A DNA stretch of 64,000 nucleotides from Candidatus Marinacidobacterium sp. (lineage in GTDB: Bacteria; Acidobacteriota; Vicinamibacteria; Marinacidobacterales; Marinacidobacteraceae). The notes below the pieces were generated by a model. It saw only the letters and a program-made list of their open reading frames with translations. It did not search any database and was not told the origin of the DNA. Of the stretch, positions 10,059 through 19,892 are shown one piece after another (the stretch's first letter is position 1; each line of letters starts with the position of its first letter). The stretch lies in the NCBI GenBank assembly GCA_965204755.1, contig OZ242011.1, forward strand, positions 2,080,001 to 2,144,000, in the 5' to 3' direction. Made by a program: the position numbers and the translations under genes.

Positions 10059-10105
10059 TCGGCGGTGGGTTTCCGTTCGCGCGCCTCCCTTCGTCGGCGG
10101 AAGTC

Positions 10106-11377
10106 GTGAGCGTCGGCGTGCTCGCCGCCGAGGAGCCGGCGGCGCTCGCCGCCCGCGCGCGGGCGGAAGCGGTCGAGGCGGAGCGCCTCCGTCCGGCGGC
10201 GCAGCGGAGCGCCGCCACGGCGGGGCGCCGCTGGCCGGAACCGGACGACGCCTACCGGACGGCCTACCAGCGGGACCGCGACCGCATCGTCCACTCCAGC
10301 GCGTTCCGCCGCCTCCAGTACAAGACGCAGGTCTTCATCAACAACGAGGGCGACCACTACCGCACCCGCCTGACCCATACTCTCGAAGTCGCCCAGATCG
10401 CCCGAACGACGGCCCGCGCGCTCGGCCTGAACGAAGACCTCACCGAAGCGGTCGCGCTCGCCCACGACCTGGGCCATACCCCCTTCGGCCACGCCGGGGA
10501 GGACGCGCTCGCCGAATTGATGAAGGACAGCGGGGGTTTCGAGCACAACCTGCAGTCCTACCGGATCGTCACCGAACTCGAACGCGCCTACCCGGACTTC
10601 CCCGGCCTGAACCTGACCCGCGAAGCCCGCCACGGCGTCTTCGCCCATTCCTCGAATCCCCGGGCGATTCCCGAGGAACTCGCCGGCTTCCGTTCGCCGC
10701 CGCTCGAAGCCCAGGTCGCCGACCTGGCGGACGAAATCGCCTACAGCGCCCACGACATGGAAGACGGCCTCGCCTCCGGCCTGCTGGAGATGGACGACCT
10801 GCGCGAGTCGGCGCTCTTCCGCCGCCACTGGCCCCGGGAGGCGTCCGGCCCGAATGCCCCCGACGCCGCCGACCGGAGGATCGCCGTGCGCCGCCTCCTG
10901 CGCGGCGTCATCGCCGACCTGGCCGGCGCCCTGATCCGCGAAACCGAAGCGCGTCTCCGCCGGTCGGGCATCGAAGACGACGGCGCTCTCCGACCCCACC
11001 GCGCCGTCCTCGCCGCCGAACCGCTCGTGGGACTCCCGACCGTCGAGGAAGAAGAACGCCTGGAACTCAAGGATGTCCTGCACCGGCGCCTCTACCGCCA
11101 TCCCCGCGTCGTGGCCGCCGCCGACGCCGGCACCCGGCTCCTCCCCGGACTCTTCCGCCGTTACCTCGCAGCGCCCGACGAGATGCCCGGACATTTCCGC
11201 CGCCGCATCGGCGAGTCCTCCCCGGAGCGCGTGGTCTGCGACTACATCGCCGGTATGACGGACCGGTTCGTCACCGTGGAACACCGCCGACTGTTCCCGG
11301 ACGCGCCGACCGACCGGGTTCCGACGCTCCCCCGCCGCCGGCGCGCGGTCGGCGGCGGACGGGAGGGCGCCCCGTGA
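10106..11377 (+). CDS. dgt: Deoxyguanosinetriphosphate triphosphohydrolase (dGTPase)
   Basis: RDRDRIVHSSAFRRLQYKTQV, RTRLTHTLEV, AHDLGHTPFGHAGE, DYIAGMTD; start placed at in-frame GTG 10106 (approximate). Confidence 0.92.
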   Translation: MSVGVLAAEEPAALAARARAEAVEAERLRPAAQRSAATAGRRWPEPDDAYRTAYQRDRDRIVHSSAFRRLQYKTQVFINNEGDHYRTRLTHTLEVAQIARTTARALGLNEDLTEAVALAHDLGHTPFGHAGEDALAELMKDSGGFEHNLQSYRIVTELERAYPDFPGLNLTREARHGVFAHSSNPRAIPEELAGFRSPPLEAQVADLADEIAYSAHDMEDGLASGLLEMDDLRESALFRRHWPREASGPNAPDAADRRIAVRRLLRGVIADLAGALIRETEARLRRSGIEDDGALRPHRAVLAAEPLVGLPTVEEEERLELKDVLHRRLYRHPRVVAAADAGTRLLPGLFRRYLAAPDEMPGHFRRRIGESSPERVVCDYIAGMTDRFVTVEHRRLFPDAPTDRVPTLPRRRRAVGGGREGAP

Positions 11378-12438
11378 AGTCGGTGAACCGCGTCGTCGCG
11401 CTCCTGGAGTTGTTCTTCCGGGGCCGGGGGATCACCTACGAAACGATCCAGCGCGAGTTCGGCGTGACCCACCGCACCGCCCAGCGCTACATGAGCGATG
11501 TCCAGAAGATCTCCGGGCTGGGAGTCCGGGAAGGGCTTCTCGAAAACGGCCAGAAGATCTTCTTCCTCGGCCGGACCGACTGGCTGCGGGCGCTGCGCGC
11601 CCGTCCCCCGGAAAAGGAAGAGATGGCGGCCCTCGAACACGCGGTCGAACTCCTCGGCCAGCAGGGCGCCGACGACTACCGGGCCAGTCTCGAAGCCCTC
11701 CGCGCGAAACTCGACACCGCGATCGAACCCGAAGAGGCGGAACGCGTCGGCGCGGATGTGGAAGCGCTCTCCGCCGCCCGGGGCTTCGTCCGGGAGCCGG
11801 GCCCGACCCGCAAGGTTGCGACCCGGGTCCTCGACGACCTGCGCGAAGCGAACCTGCGGCTGGTGCAGGTGCGTTTCGCCTATACGAACCAGCGGGGCGA
11901 AACGCGCCTCCGGACGGTGAGCCCCTACGGCATCCTCTCCGGCCGCACCCCCAAACTCATCGCCAAGAAACGCGGCGTCGGCCACCTCCTCCAGTACCGG
12001 CTCGACCGCATCTCGAAACTCCAAGTCCTGGACAAACCGATCCCGGCGAACGCCGACCAGGTCAGCGAGCAGTTCCGCCAATATGTGGAGGACCTGTTCG
12101 GCTCGTACAGCGAAAAACCGGTCGAAGTCGAATGGCGCTTCCGCCCCGACGCGCCCAACCCGGAGGAATGGACCTTCCACCCGACCCAGAAGACCCGCAA
12201 ACTCGCCGACGGCGCCACCGTCGTCCGTTTCCGCGCCGGCGGACTCGAAGACATGGCCCGCCATGTCATCGGCTGGTGGGACTGGATCGAAGTCGTCAAA
12301 CCCAAGACCCTCCGCCGCGCGATCCTCCAGATGAAGTTGGCCGGCCTCGCCCCCCTCGTCGAGGAGTTCACCGACCGAACCCAGGCCCGCCGCATCCGAA
12401 CCCTCGCCTCCCGCTTCCCCCCCCGCGGCGAAACCTGA
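11374..12438 (+). CDS. HTH-WYL-WCX transcriptional regulator (DriD/PafBC-like)
   Basis: GTGA overlap with dgt stop and GGAGG RBS; N-terminal wHTH (FGVTHRTAQRYM); RTVSPYGIL...YRLDRI WYL core; FHPTQK...WWDWIEVVKP. Confidence 0.85.
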   Translation: MKSVNRVVALLELFFRGRGITYETIQREFGVTHRTAQRYMSDVQKISGLGVREGLLENGQKIFFLGRTDWLRALRARPPEKEEMAALEHAVELLGQQGADDYRASLEALRAKLDTAIEPEEAERVGADVEALSAARGFVREPGPTRKVATRVLDDLREANLRLVQVRFAYTNQRGETRLRTVSPYGILSGRTPKLIAKKRGVGHLLQYRLDRISKLQVLDKPIPANADQVSEQFRQYVEDLFGSYSEKPVEVEWRFRPDAPNPEEWTFHPTQKTRKLADGATVVRFRAGGLEDMARHVIGWWDWIEVVKPKTLRRAILQMKLAGLAPLVEEFTDRTQARRIRTLASRFPPRGET

Positions 12439-12475
12439 CCTCCCGCCCCGTCCCACCCCACCCCGCCGCGCCGGG

Positions 12476-13243
12476 TCAGCGGTTCGGGCGGTTGACCATC
12501 GGGACGAAGGCCACCGCGCCGTGTTCCTCGATCACGACTTCGCCGTCCTCGTTGCGGTAGGCGAGCAGCAACTCCTGGATCTCGGACGCGCCGCCCACCG
12601 GGGCGATGAGGCGGCCGCCGGGGGCCAACTGTTCGAGGAGCGCCGGGGGGATCTCCGGCGGGGCGGCGGTGACGATCACCCGGTCGAACGGCGCCTCCTC
12701 CGGCCAGCCCAGGTAGCCGTTCCCCACCCGGAGCCGGATGTCGTCGTAGCCGGCGGAGCGGAGCGCCTCCTCGGCCCTCGCGGCGAGGCCCGGCAGCAAC
12801 TCGATGGAATAGACCTCGGCGCCGGTCTCGGCGAGCACCGCCGCCTGGTAGCCGGAGCCGGTGCCGATCTCCAGCACCCGGTCGCCGGGGCGGATGTCCA
12901 GGAGCGCGGTCATCAGCGCCACCACATAGGGCTGCGAGATCGTCTGGTCTTCCCCGATGGGGAGCGGGCGGTCCTCGTAGGCCCGGCTGCGGAGGGCCTC
13001 CGGGACGAAGAGGTGGCGCGGCGTCCGCCGCATCGCGTCCAGCACCGCCGGGTTCCGGAGGCCGCGCGACTCGATGTGGTTCCGCACCAGCCGGAGCCGC
13101 GCCGCGCGGTACTCGTCGCCCATCCCCGGATTCTGCCCGCCGCCGGAAGAGCAGGCGGCGAGAGCGGCGCATGCAGTGAGCGCCCCCCGGAGGAGCCGAC
13201 CTCCGCGGGGGGCGGAACGGCTGCCGATGGCCGTCTTCGTCAT
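12476..13243 (-). CDS. pcm: Protein-L-isoaspartate O-methyltransferase with lipoprotein-like N-terminus
   Basis: PRHLFVP, AYEDRPLPIG, QTISQPYVVA, VLEIGTGSGYQAA, PFDRVIVTAA; N-terminal ALAACSS. Confidence 0.92.
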   Translation of the reverse strand: MTKTAIGSRSAPRGGRLLRGALTACAALAACSSGGGQNPGMGDEYRAARLRLVRNHIESRGLRNPAVLDAMRRTPRHLFVPEALRSRAYEDRPLPIGEDQTISQPYVVALMTALLDIRPGDRVLEIGTGSGYQAAVLAETGAEVYSIELLPGLAARAEEALRSAGYDDIRLRVGNGYLGWPEEAPFDRVIVTAAPPEIPPALLEQLAPGGRLIAPVGGASEIQELLLAYRNEDGEVVIEEHGAVAFVPMVNRPNR

Positions 13244-13298
13244 CGCTCGGTGCCGCCTCTCCCGCCCCCTCGCCGGGGCGGCACCGGAGAATAGCCGG

Positions 13299-14144
13299 GT
13301 GCGCCCGCCCCGGACCCGCCCCCGCCGCCTGCTCCGGGCGGCGGCGCCGCCCCTGCTCGCCGCCGCCTGCGGCGCGCCGGCGCCCGCTCCCCGCGATGCC
13401 TCCGAACCCGGCCTCGTTCCCGAAGGCGGCGGCGTCCCGGCCTTCCGCCTGGACGCCACCGAAGTCACCCACGCCGACTTCGCCGCGTTCGTCGAACGGA
13501 CCGGCCACCGCACCGACGCCGAGGAGTTCGGCTGGTCGCTGGTCTTCCACCCTCCGGGCGCGGAACCGAAGGGCGCGGAGCGGGTTCCCGGCGCGCCCTG
13601 GTGGGTGCGTGTCGAAGGCGCGGACTGGCGGGCCCCCCGCGGCCCCTCCGGCGACCCCCCGTCGCCGGCCCACCCGGTCACCCAGGTGAGTTGGAACGAC
13701 GCCGCCGCCTACTGCGAAGCCGCCGGCGGCCGGCTCCCGACCGCCGAAGAGTGGGAGCGCGCCGCCCGCGGCGGCCGCGACGGCGCTGCCCGCTTCGTCT
13801 GGGGCGACCGGGACCCGTTCTCCGGCGGCCCGCCCCCGGCGAACCTCTGGGACGGGCGGTTCCCGCACCCGCCGGCCGGCGGCGCGGACGCGCGCCCCGG
13901 GGACGGCTACGCCGGGATCGCCCCGGTCGGCGAGTTCCCCGCGAACGCCTACGGCCTCCACGACCTGGCCGGGAATGTCTGGGAGTGGATCGCCGGCGGC
14001 GGCCCCGGGAACCGCGGCCTCCGGGGCGGCTCGTTCCTCTGCGCCGAGAACTCCTGCCGAGGCTACCGGCTCGACTGGACGAACCGCGCTTCCGCCGATT
14101 CCGCCTGGGACCACGCCGGATTCCGCTGCCGTTTCGCGCCCTGA
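13299..14144 (+). CDS. Formylglycine-generating enzyme (SUMF1/FGE-sulfatase) family lipoprotein
   Basis: HPVTQVSWNDAAAYC, RLPTAEEWE, NAYGLHDLAGNVWEW, RGGSFLCAENSCRGYR, GFRC; LAAAC lipobox; start approximate. Confidence 0.88.
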   Translation: MRPPRTRPRRLLRAAAPPLLAAACGAPAPAPRDASEPGLVPEGGGVPAFRLDATEVTHADFAAFVERTGHRTDAEEFGWSLVFHPPGAEPKGAERVPGAPWWVRVEGADWRAPRGPSGDPPSPAHPVTQVSWNDAAAYCEAAGGRLPTAEEWERAARGGRDGAARFVWGDRDPFSGGPPPANLWDGRFPHPPAGGADARPGDGYAGIAPVGEFPANAYGLHDLAGNVWEWIAGGGPGNRGLRGGSFLCAENSCRGYRLDWTNRASADSAWDHAGFRCRFAP

Positions 14145-14161
14145 GAGCGCGCCCCGGCCGC

Positions 14162-14170
14162 TGGTACACT
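14162..14170 (+). promoter_or_regulatory. Putative extended -10 (TGGTACACT) of sdh operon
   Basis: TGnTACACT about 10 nt upstream of ATG 14181. Confidence 0.4.
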
Positions 14171-14180
14171 CGCGCTCCCC

Positions 14181-14987
14181 ATGCCGTCGGTCGCCGGAGT
14201 CCTCCCCCAGCAGCAGCGGTTCGGCGCCACCCGCCGGCGCGACCGTTGGTGGGTCGTCCCGCTGGTCACTTTCCTGGCGCTCGGCGGGTTCGTCGTCTAT
14301 TCGACCTGGGCCGCGTTCCAGAACGCGCACTACGAACTCGGCAACTACCTCTCGCCGATGTATTCCCCGGTGCTGTTCGGGGATTCCCACCACTCCTGGT
14401 TCGGCCCGAAGCCGTCCTTCTGGCCGGCGTTCCTGCCGTTCTCGCCGGCGTTCCTCATCCTCGGCGCTCCCGCCGGCTTCCGGCTCACCTGTTACTACTA
14501 CCGCGGGTCCTACTACAAGGCGTTCTGGGCGAGCCCGGCGTCGTGCACCGTCGGCAAACCCTGGCGGACCTACCGGGGCGAGCATTCGTTCCCGCTCGTC
14601 CTCCAGAACATCCACCGCTACTTCCTCTACCTGGCGATGATCTTCATCGTCATCCTGGGTTGGGACGCCTGGAAGGCGATGTGGTTCCTGAACCCGGCCG
14701 GCGGCGTCGAGGAGTTCGGCATCGGCGTCGGCACGCTGGTGCTCACGATCAATGTGGTGCTGCTCGGCGGCTACACCTTCGGCTGCCATTCCTTCCGCCA
14801 CCTCGCCGGCGGAGCGCTCGACCGCCTCTCCGGCCGGCCGGTGCGCGCCTGCGCCTACGAATGTTCGACCTGGCTGAACCTGCGCCACATGAACTTCGCC
14901 TGGTGCAGCCTGTTCTGGGTGGCCTTCTCCGATGTCTATGTTCGCCTGTGCTCCATGGGCGTCTGGACGGATTACCGCATCCTCTAG
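14181..14987 (+). CDS. Succinate dehydrogenase membrane subunit (mycobacterial Sdh1-type anchor)
   Basis: RRDRWW, YLSPMYSP, FRLTCYYYRGSYY, LQNIHRYF, GCHSFRHL; first gene of the sdh operon. Confidence 0.85.
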   Translation: MPSVAGVLPQQQRFGATRRRDRWWVVPLVTFLALGGFVVYSTWAAFQNAHYELGNYLSPMYSPVLFGDSHHSWFGPKPSFWPAFLPFSPAFLILGAPAGFRLTCYYYRGSYYKAFWASPASCTVGKPWRTYRGEHSFPLVLQNIHRYFLYLAMIFIVILGWDAWKAMWFLNPAGGVEEFGIGVGTLVLTINVVLLGGYTFGCHSFRHLAGGALDRLSGRPVRACAYECSTWLNLRHMNFAWCSLFWVAFSDVYVRLCSMGVWTDYRIL

Positions 14988-15000
14988 TCCACTGAACTCG

Positions 15001-16824
15001 ATGCAGACGACCGAGCACGATGTGCTCGTCATCGGCGCCGGAGGCGCGGGGCTGAGGGCGGCGATCGAGGCTTCGGCCGCCGGCGCCCGGGTCGGCCTGG
15101 TCACCAAGTCGCTCCTCGGCAAGGCGCACACCGTGATGGCGGAGGGCGGGATCGCCGCCGCGCTGGCCAATGTGGACGGCCGGGACGACTGGATGACGCA
15201 CTTCGCCGACACCATGCGCGGCGGGCAGTATGTGAACGACCCGGCGATGGCCGAATTCCACGCGCGGGAAGCCCCTGACCGGGTCCGGGAACTCGAGGCC
15301 TGGGGCGCGGTGTTCGACCGCACCGACGACGAACGGATCCTCCAGCGCAACTTCGGCGGCCACAAGTACCCGCGCCTCGCCCATGTCGGCGACCGCACCG
15401 GGCTGGAGATGATCCGCACGCTGCAGGATCACGGCATCCACCTGGGTATGGAGGTCCACATGGAGTGGACGATCACCCGGCTGCTCACCGACGGCGGCCG
15501 GGTGGTGGGCGCGTTCGGCTACGACCGGGAGAAGGGCCGGTTCCACCTGTTCCGCGCTTCGGCGGTCGTGCTCGCCACCGGCGGCATCGGCCGCGCGTTC
15601 CGGATCACATCGAACAGTTGGGAATACACCGGCGACGGCCACGCGCTCGCCTACGCGGCCGGCGCGGAACTCATCGACATGGAGTATGTCCAGTTCCATC
15701 CCACCGGGATGGTCTGGCCGCCCAGCGTGCGCGGGATCCTGGTAACCGAAGGCGTGCGCGGCGAAGGCGGGGTGCTGCGCAACAGCGAAGGCCGCCGGTT
15801 CATGTTCGACGACATCCCGGACCTCTACGCGAACCAGACCGCCTCCGACCCGGAAGAGGGCTGGCGGTACACGCAGGGGGACAAGGACGCGCGGCGGCCG
15901 CCGGAACTCCTCACCCGGGACCATGTGGCCCGCTGCATCGTCCGCGAGATCCGCGAAGGCCGGGGCAGCCCGCACGGCGGCGTGTTCCTCGACATCGCCT
16001 GGATCCGGGAGAAACTCAAGGACGGCCCGGCGCACATCCGGCGCAAGTTGCCGAGCATGTACCACCAGTTCAAGGAACTCGCCGGTATCGACATCACCGC
16101 CGAGCCGATGGAAGTGGGGCCGACCACGCACTATGTGATGGGCGGCGTCCGGGTGGACGGCGAAACCCAGATGTCCCGGGTCCCCGGCCTCTTCGCCGCC
16201 GGCGAATGCGCCGGGGGGCTCCACGGCGCGAACCGGCTGGGCGGGAACTCGCTCTCCGACCTGCTGGTGTTCGGCAAGCGCGCCGGGCAATACGCCGCGG
16301 CTTACGCTTCGGAAAACCCCCGCGGCGACCACGCGTCCGCCGAAGGGGAGCAGAGCGAATCGGCTTCGGCGGAAGCGCTCGCGCCGTTCGACGACCCGGC
16401 CGGCGGCGCCGAAGCCGTGAACCCCTACGCCATCCAGAGCGAGTTGCAGGACCTGATGCAGGACCGCGTCGGGATCGTGCGGAACCAGGAACAGTTGGAA
16501 TCCGGTCTCGAAGGCGTCCTCGCGCTCCGGGAGAGATCCGCCGGAGTCCGGGTGGACGGCAACCGCTCCTGGAACCCCGGTTGGCACACGGCGCTCGACC
16601 TGCCGAACCTGCTGCTCGTCTCCGAAGCGGTGGCGCGGACCGCGGCGCTCCGCAAGGAGAGCCGGGGCGCCCACTTCCGGGAAGACCATCCCGGAAAGGA
16701 CGACCATTGGGGCCGGACGACGCTGGTCGCGCGCCGGGGGGCGGACGGCGAAATGGAGATCGTCGAGGAGCCGGTTACGGAACCGCGCGCCGAACTGCGG
16801 CAGATCATCGAGGACAACCGTTGA
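15001..16824 (+). CDS. sdhA: Succinate dehydrogenase/fumarate reductase flavoprotein
   Basis: DVLVIGAGGAGLRAA, AHTVMAEGG, QFHPTG, HYVMGGV, HGANRLGGNSL, ESRGAHFR. Confidence 0.95.
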   Translation: MQTTEHDVLVIGAGGAGLRAAIEASAAGARVGLVTKSLLGKAHTVMAEGGIAAALANVDGRDDWMTHFADTMRGGQYVNDPAMAEFHAREAPDRVRELEAWGAVFDRTDDERILQRNFGGHKYPRLAHVGDRTGLEMIRTLQDHGIHLGMEVHMEWTITRLLTDGGRVVGAFGYDREKGRFHLFRASAVVLATGGIGRAFRITSNSWEYTGDGHALAYAAGAELIDMEYVQFHPTGMVWPPSVRGILVTEGVRGEGGVLRNSEGRRFMFDDIPDLYANQTASDPEEGWRYTQGDKDARRPPELLTRDHVARCIVREIREGRGSPHGGVFLDIAWIREKLKDGPAHIRRKLPSMYHQFKELAGIDITAEPMEVGPTTHYVMGGVRVDGETQMSRVPGLFAAGECAGGLHGANRLGGNSLSDLLVFGKRAGQYAAAYASENPRGDHASAEGEQSESASAEALAPFDDPAGGAEAVNPYAIQSELQDLMQDRVGIVRNQEQLESGLEGVLALRERSAGVRVDGNRSWNPGWHTALDLPNLLLVSEAVARTAALRKESRGAHFREDHPGKDDHWGRTTLVARRGADGEMEIVEEPVTEPRAELRQIIEDNR

Positions 16825-16852
16825 CTCGATCGGAACGGGAGACGAACCGCTG

Positions 16853-17602
16853 ATGGCCACCACCACTTTCCGCATCTGGCGGTCCGGCGAAGGCGGGGAC
16901 GGCGAGTTCGTCGAATACCGCACCGACATCACCGAGGGAATGGTGGTGCTCGACGCCGTGCACCAGATCCAGGCCGAGTCCGCCGGCGACCTGGCGGTGC
17001 GCTGGAACTGCAAGGCGGGGAAGTGCGGCTCGTGCAGCGCGGAAGTCAACGGGAACCCCCGCCTCCTGTGCATGACCCGGATGAGCGACCTGCCGCCGGG
17101 CGAACCGGTGACCATCGAGCCGATGCGCGCCTTCCCGCCGCTCCGCGACCTCGTCACCGATGTGAGTTGGAACTTCGAGGTCAAGAAGCGCATCCGCCCC
17201 TTCCGCCCCCGTTCGCCCGACGCGGAAGACGGGACCTGGCGGATGGCGCAGCGCGATGTGGACCGGGTGCAGGAGTTCCGCAAGTGCATCGAGTGCTTCC
17301 TCTGCCAGGATGTCTGCCATGTGCTCCGCGACTCGCACAAGCACGACGAGTTCATCGGCCCCCGCTTCTTCGTCCACAGCGCCGCGCTGGAGATGCACCC
17401 GCTCGACACCGAAGACCGGCTCGAGGAACTGCGGAAGGCGCAGGGCGTCGGCTACTGCAACATCACCAAGTGCTGCACCAAGGTCTGCCCGGAGCACATC
17501 ACCATCACCGACAACGCCATCATCCCGCTCAAGGAGCGGGTGGCGGACCGCTTCTACGACCCGGTGAAGAACCTCTTCCGGGTGATCACCGGCCGGCGGT
17601 GA
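16853..17602 (+). CDS. sdhB: Succinate dehydrogenase iron-sulfur subunit
   Basis: CKAGKCGSC, CIECFLCQDVC, CNITKCCTKVCP. Confidence 0.95.
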   Translation: MATTTFRIWRSGEGGDGEFVEYRTDITEGMVVLDAVHQIQAESAGDLAVRWNCKAGKCGSCSAEVNGNPRLLCMTRMSDLPPGEPVTIEPMRAFPPLRDLVTDVSWNFEVKKRIRPFRPRSPDAEDGTWRMAQRDVDRVQEFRKCIECFLCQDVCHVLRDSHKHDEFIGPRFFVHSAALEMHPLDTEDRLEELRKAQGVGYCNITKCCTKVCPEHITITDNAIIPLKERVADRFYDPVKNLFRVITGRR

Positions 17603-17716
17603 GCCCGGCCCGACCGGTCGGCGGATTCGTCCGACAGACGCCGCCCGCGATTCCAAACCACTGACCCACCCGGCCCCCCGGAAACGGGTGAGGCCCGACA
17701 GCGAGGAGAGACGGAC

Positions 17717-18085
17717 ATGACCTTCGGCGGAATCATCAAGGGCGGACTCGCGGCCGGCCTGTTCATCAACCTCAGCGGGTTCGTGCTGAACTTCGTCAGC
17801 TTTCCGGAAGGCAGCCTGGAGGGTTCTATTGCCTTTTTTGTGGCGTACACTTTCCTGCTCGGCATCCTCATCGCGTATGTGTACGCCGTTGCGCGCACCC
17901 GCTGGGGCGCGGGCCCCAAAGAAGCGGCCGCCGGCGCCGGAGCCGGAGTGTGGTGTCTCCACTCGGTGCTGAACTTGGGCGCCATGGACGTCTCGACCTC
18001 GGCGTGGAGCCTCATCGACGTAGTTGAACTGACCTGTATGGCCATTGCCGGCGTGATCGCGGGAAGAGTCCAGACTGAGGCGTAG
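17717..18085 (+). CDS. Small membrane protein (about 4 TM)
   Basis: GAGGAG RBS; hydrophobic segments; YAVARTRWGAGPK motif shared with fragment at 19619-19876. Confidence 0.75.
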   Translation: MTFGGIIKGGLAAGLFINLSGFVLNFVSFPEGSLEGSIAFFVAYTFLLGILIAYVYAVARTRWGAGPKEAAAGAGAGVWCLHSVLNLGAMDVSTSAWSLIDVVELTCMAIAGVIAGRVQTEA

Positions 18086-18508
18086 TCACTCGTTTTCACG
18101 GTCCTGTTTTACAGGTGCCGTGGCTGTTATGGGACTGCTGTCGCCCGGTCGACTCCATGACAAATCGGTTGCTTCCGAGGAGAATCGGTTGATGATCTAT
18201 CTCGCTACCGATTCCTGCATCCTCGTCGTCGATTGTGCGGCGGGCCTGATGAACTTCGCTGTCGCATCAGCAAAGGGGGACGGAGAAGAACTGACCGTCG
18301 GAGAGGTCTTCTTCTGAGGGAGGCCCCGACGACTCTTGTCTTGGACGTCGTCGGCACGCATCTTCCGGGATAGCGCACGTCGCGTCAGCTCTCGTCGCTC
18401 TCGGGACAACGGTCCAATCGGTTCGACTCGTCTCATGGAGTCCAGATGTGTATGACAACGGATCACAGTCCATTAGACAGTGCGCTCATTACTCCCGTCA
18501 ACCCCGCG

Positions 18509-19453
18509 CTAGCCGTTCACCAGGTCAGCCAAGATGGCACCGCACGCGGCCAACCCCCCGAGTGGCAAGACGACGAAGACGAACAATAGCGCGATGACGA
18601 TGGCGACGACCACTCCTCCGAAGCCGATACCTCTCCTCTCAACGCTCACATTGGCCGCTACCCTGGCCCGTTGGATGTCCGCCCTGCGTCTCTGCGCCTC
18701 TGCTTCTCGTTGAGCGGCCTTGGCAGTTTCCTTAGCTTTTTTCGCGGCCTCCTTGGCGACGAGCGCAGCAGGGTCTGGTGTGCCAGAACCGGCCACGGTG
18801 TTCTTGGCCACTTTCCATTCACGTTTTGCCGCCTTCGCGATCCGCTTCTTCACGAGTGCTTGATCCTCGGCCTCGAGAGCGCGTTCCTCGATCGTCGCCT
18901 CGGGGGCCCTCTTTCGGTCGTTCTCTAGACTCCAAGCCGCTCTTGCCGCGGCCGCACTCGCCTTCCGGGCGAGAGCTTCGGTCTGCCCTTCCATGTCTGC
19001 GTTCCCCGCCGAGACGGCTTCATCCGCGTCCAACGCCTTCTCCAACCTCTTTACGGCATGAAGAAGCAGAGCCTGCGTCGTCAACCCCAGTTCACCCCCG
19101 GCGTCCTGGAATCGGTTCACATCGCGGAGCACGGCGTATGCCGCGCGCGCCGCTTTTTCAGTCAGCGGGCCCAGCGCGCGCAGCGCTTCCTCGGGCATGG
19201 GCTCCAGTCTCCATGGAAGACTCGAAGAGGTAGTATCGGCATCAACCGGCCCTGTCGCCTCAGCGGACTTGTCCTCGGTCTGTTCGGCCTCGGTGCGGTC
19301 GCTGTCGGCGCGCCGCTTGGGAGTGGGCGAATCCTCTCCAAGCGCCAATCCGATCTCCGCGGGACTCTCATCCCCACTCGATACACGGGTGAAGACGCGC
19401 AACAGAATGGCCAAGACAGCGATAATCGGGAGGATCGCCGGTTCCCAATCCAT
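18509..19453 (-). CDS. Hypothetical membrane protein with Ala/Lys/Glu coiled-coil
   Basis: 314-aa ORF with N- and C-terminal hydrophobic helices; in lower-GC island. Confidence 0.7.
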   Translation of the reverse strand: MDWEPAILPIIAVLAILLRVFTRVSSGDESPAEIGLALGEDSPTPKRRADSDRTEAEQTEDKSAEATGPVDADTTSSSLPWRLEPMPEEALRALGPLTEKAARAAYAVLRDVNRFQDAGGELGLTTQALLLHAVKRLEKALDADEAVSAGNADMEGQTEALARKASAAAARAAWSLENDRKRAPEATIEERALEAEDQALVKKRIAKAAKREWKVAKNTVAGSGTPDPAALVAKEAAKKAKETAKAAQREAEAQRRRADIQRARVAANVSVERRGIGFGGVVVAIVIALLFVFVVLPLGGLAACGAILADLVNG

Positions 19454-19618
19454 AAGTCCGTTCGTCCAAGTTAGTAGTCGTTGCCGGGATGCGGGGCAGG
19501 CTGCGAATCAGTGCCCCTATCTCCTCGCTGATCCGTGACCTCCGATTCCATTGCCACCGATACCCTTCGCCCTATTGTACACGACTGGGCTCGGCTCTGG
19601 ATGGCCGAGTCGTACTGT

Positions 19619-19876
19619 CGCCTTCTGGGTGGCCTACGCCTTCCTGCTCGGCATCCTCACCGCGTTGTGTACGCCGTGGCCCGCCCGCGCTGGGGCGCGG
19701 GCCCGAAAGCGGCCGCCGGCGCCGGAGTCCTGGTGTGGACCCTCCACGCACTCCTGCCCACCGCCGGAGCGGTGAACCTGGGCATCATGGACTTCCCGAC
19801 CCTCGCGATGGTCTGGAGCCTGCTCGACATGGCCATCGCCGGCCTCATCGCCGGAAAACTCCACACCGAGGCGTAA
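19619..19876 (+). pseudogene. Orphan 3' fragment homologous to 17717-18085
   Basis: TTCCTGCTCGGCATCCTCA and CGCTGGGGCGCGGGCCC shared; ends MAIAGLIAGKLHTEA vs MAIAGVIAGRVQTEA; lacks 5' end and has a 1-nt deletion near 19667. Confidence 0.75.
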
Positions 19877-19892
19877 CCGCCTCCCGCGCGGG

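Noticed and set aside
18120-18473. Short ORFs in the low-GC island
   Set aside because: No RBS, motif or consistent frame; may be decayed remnants
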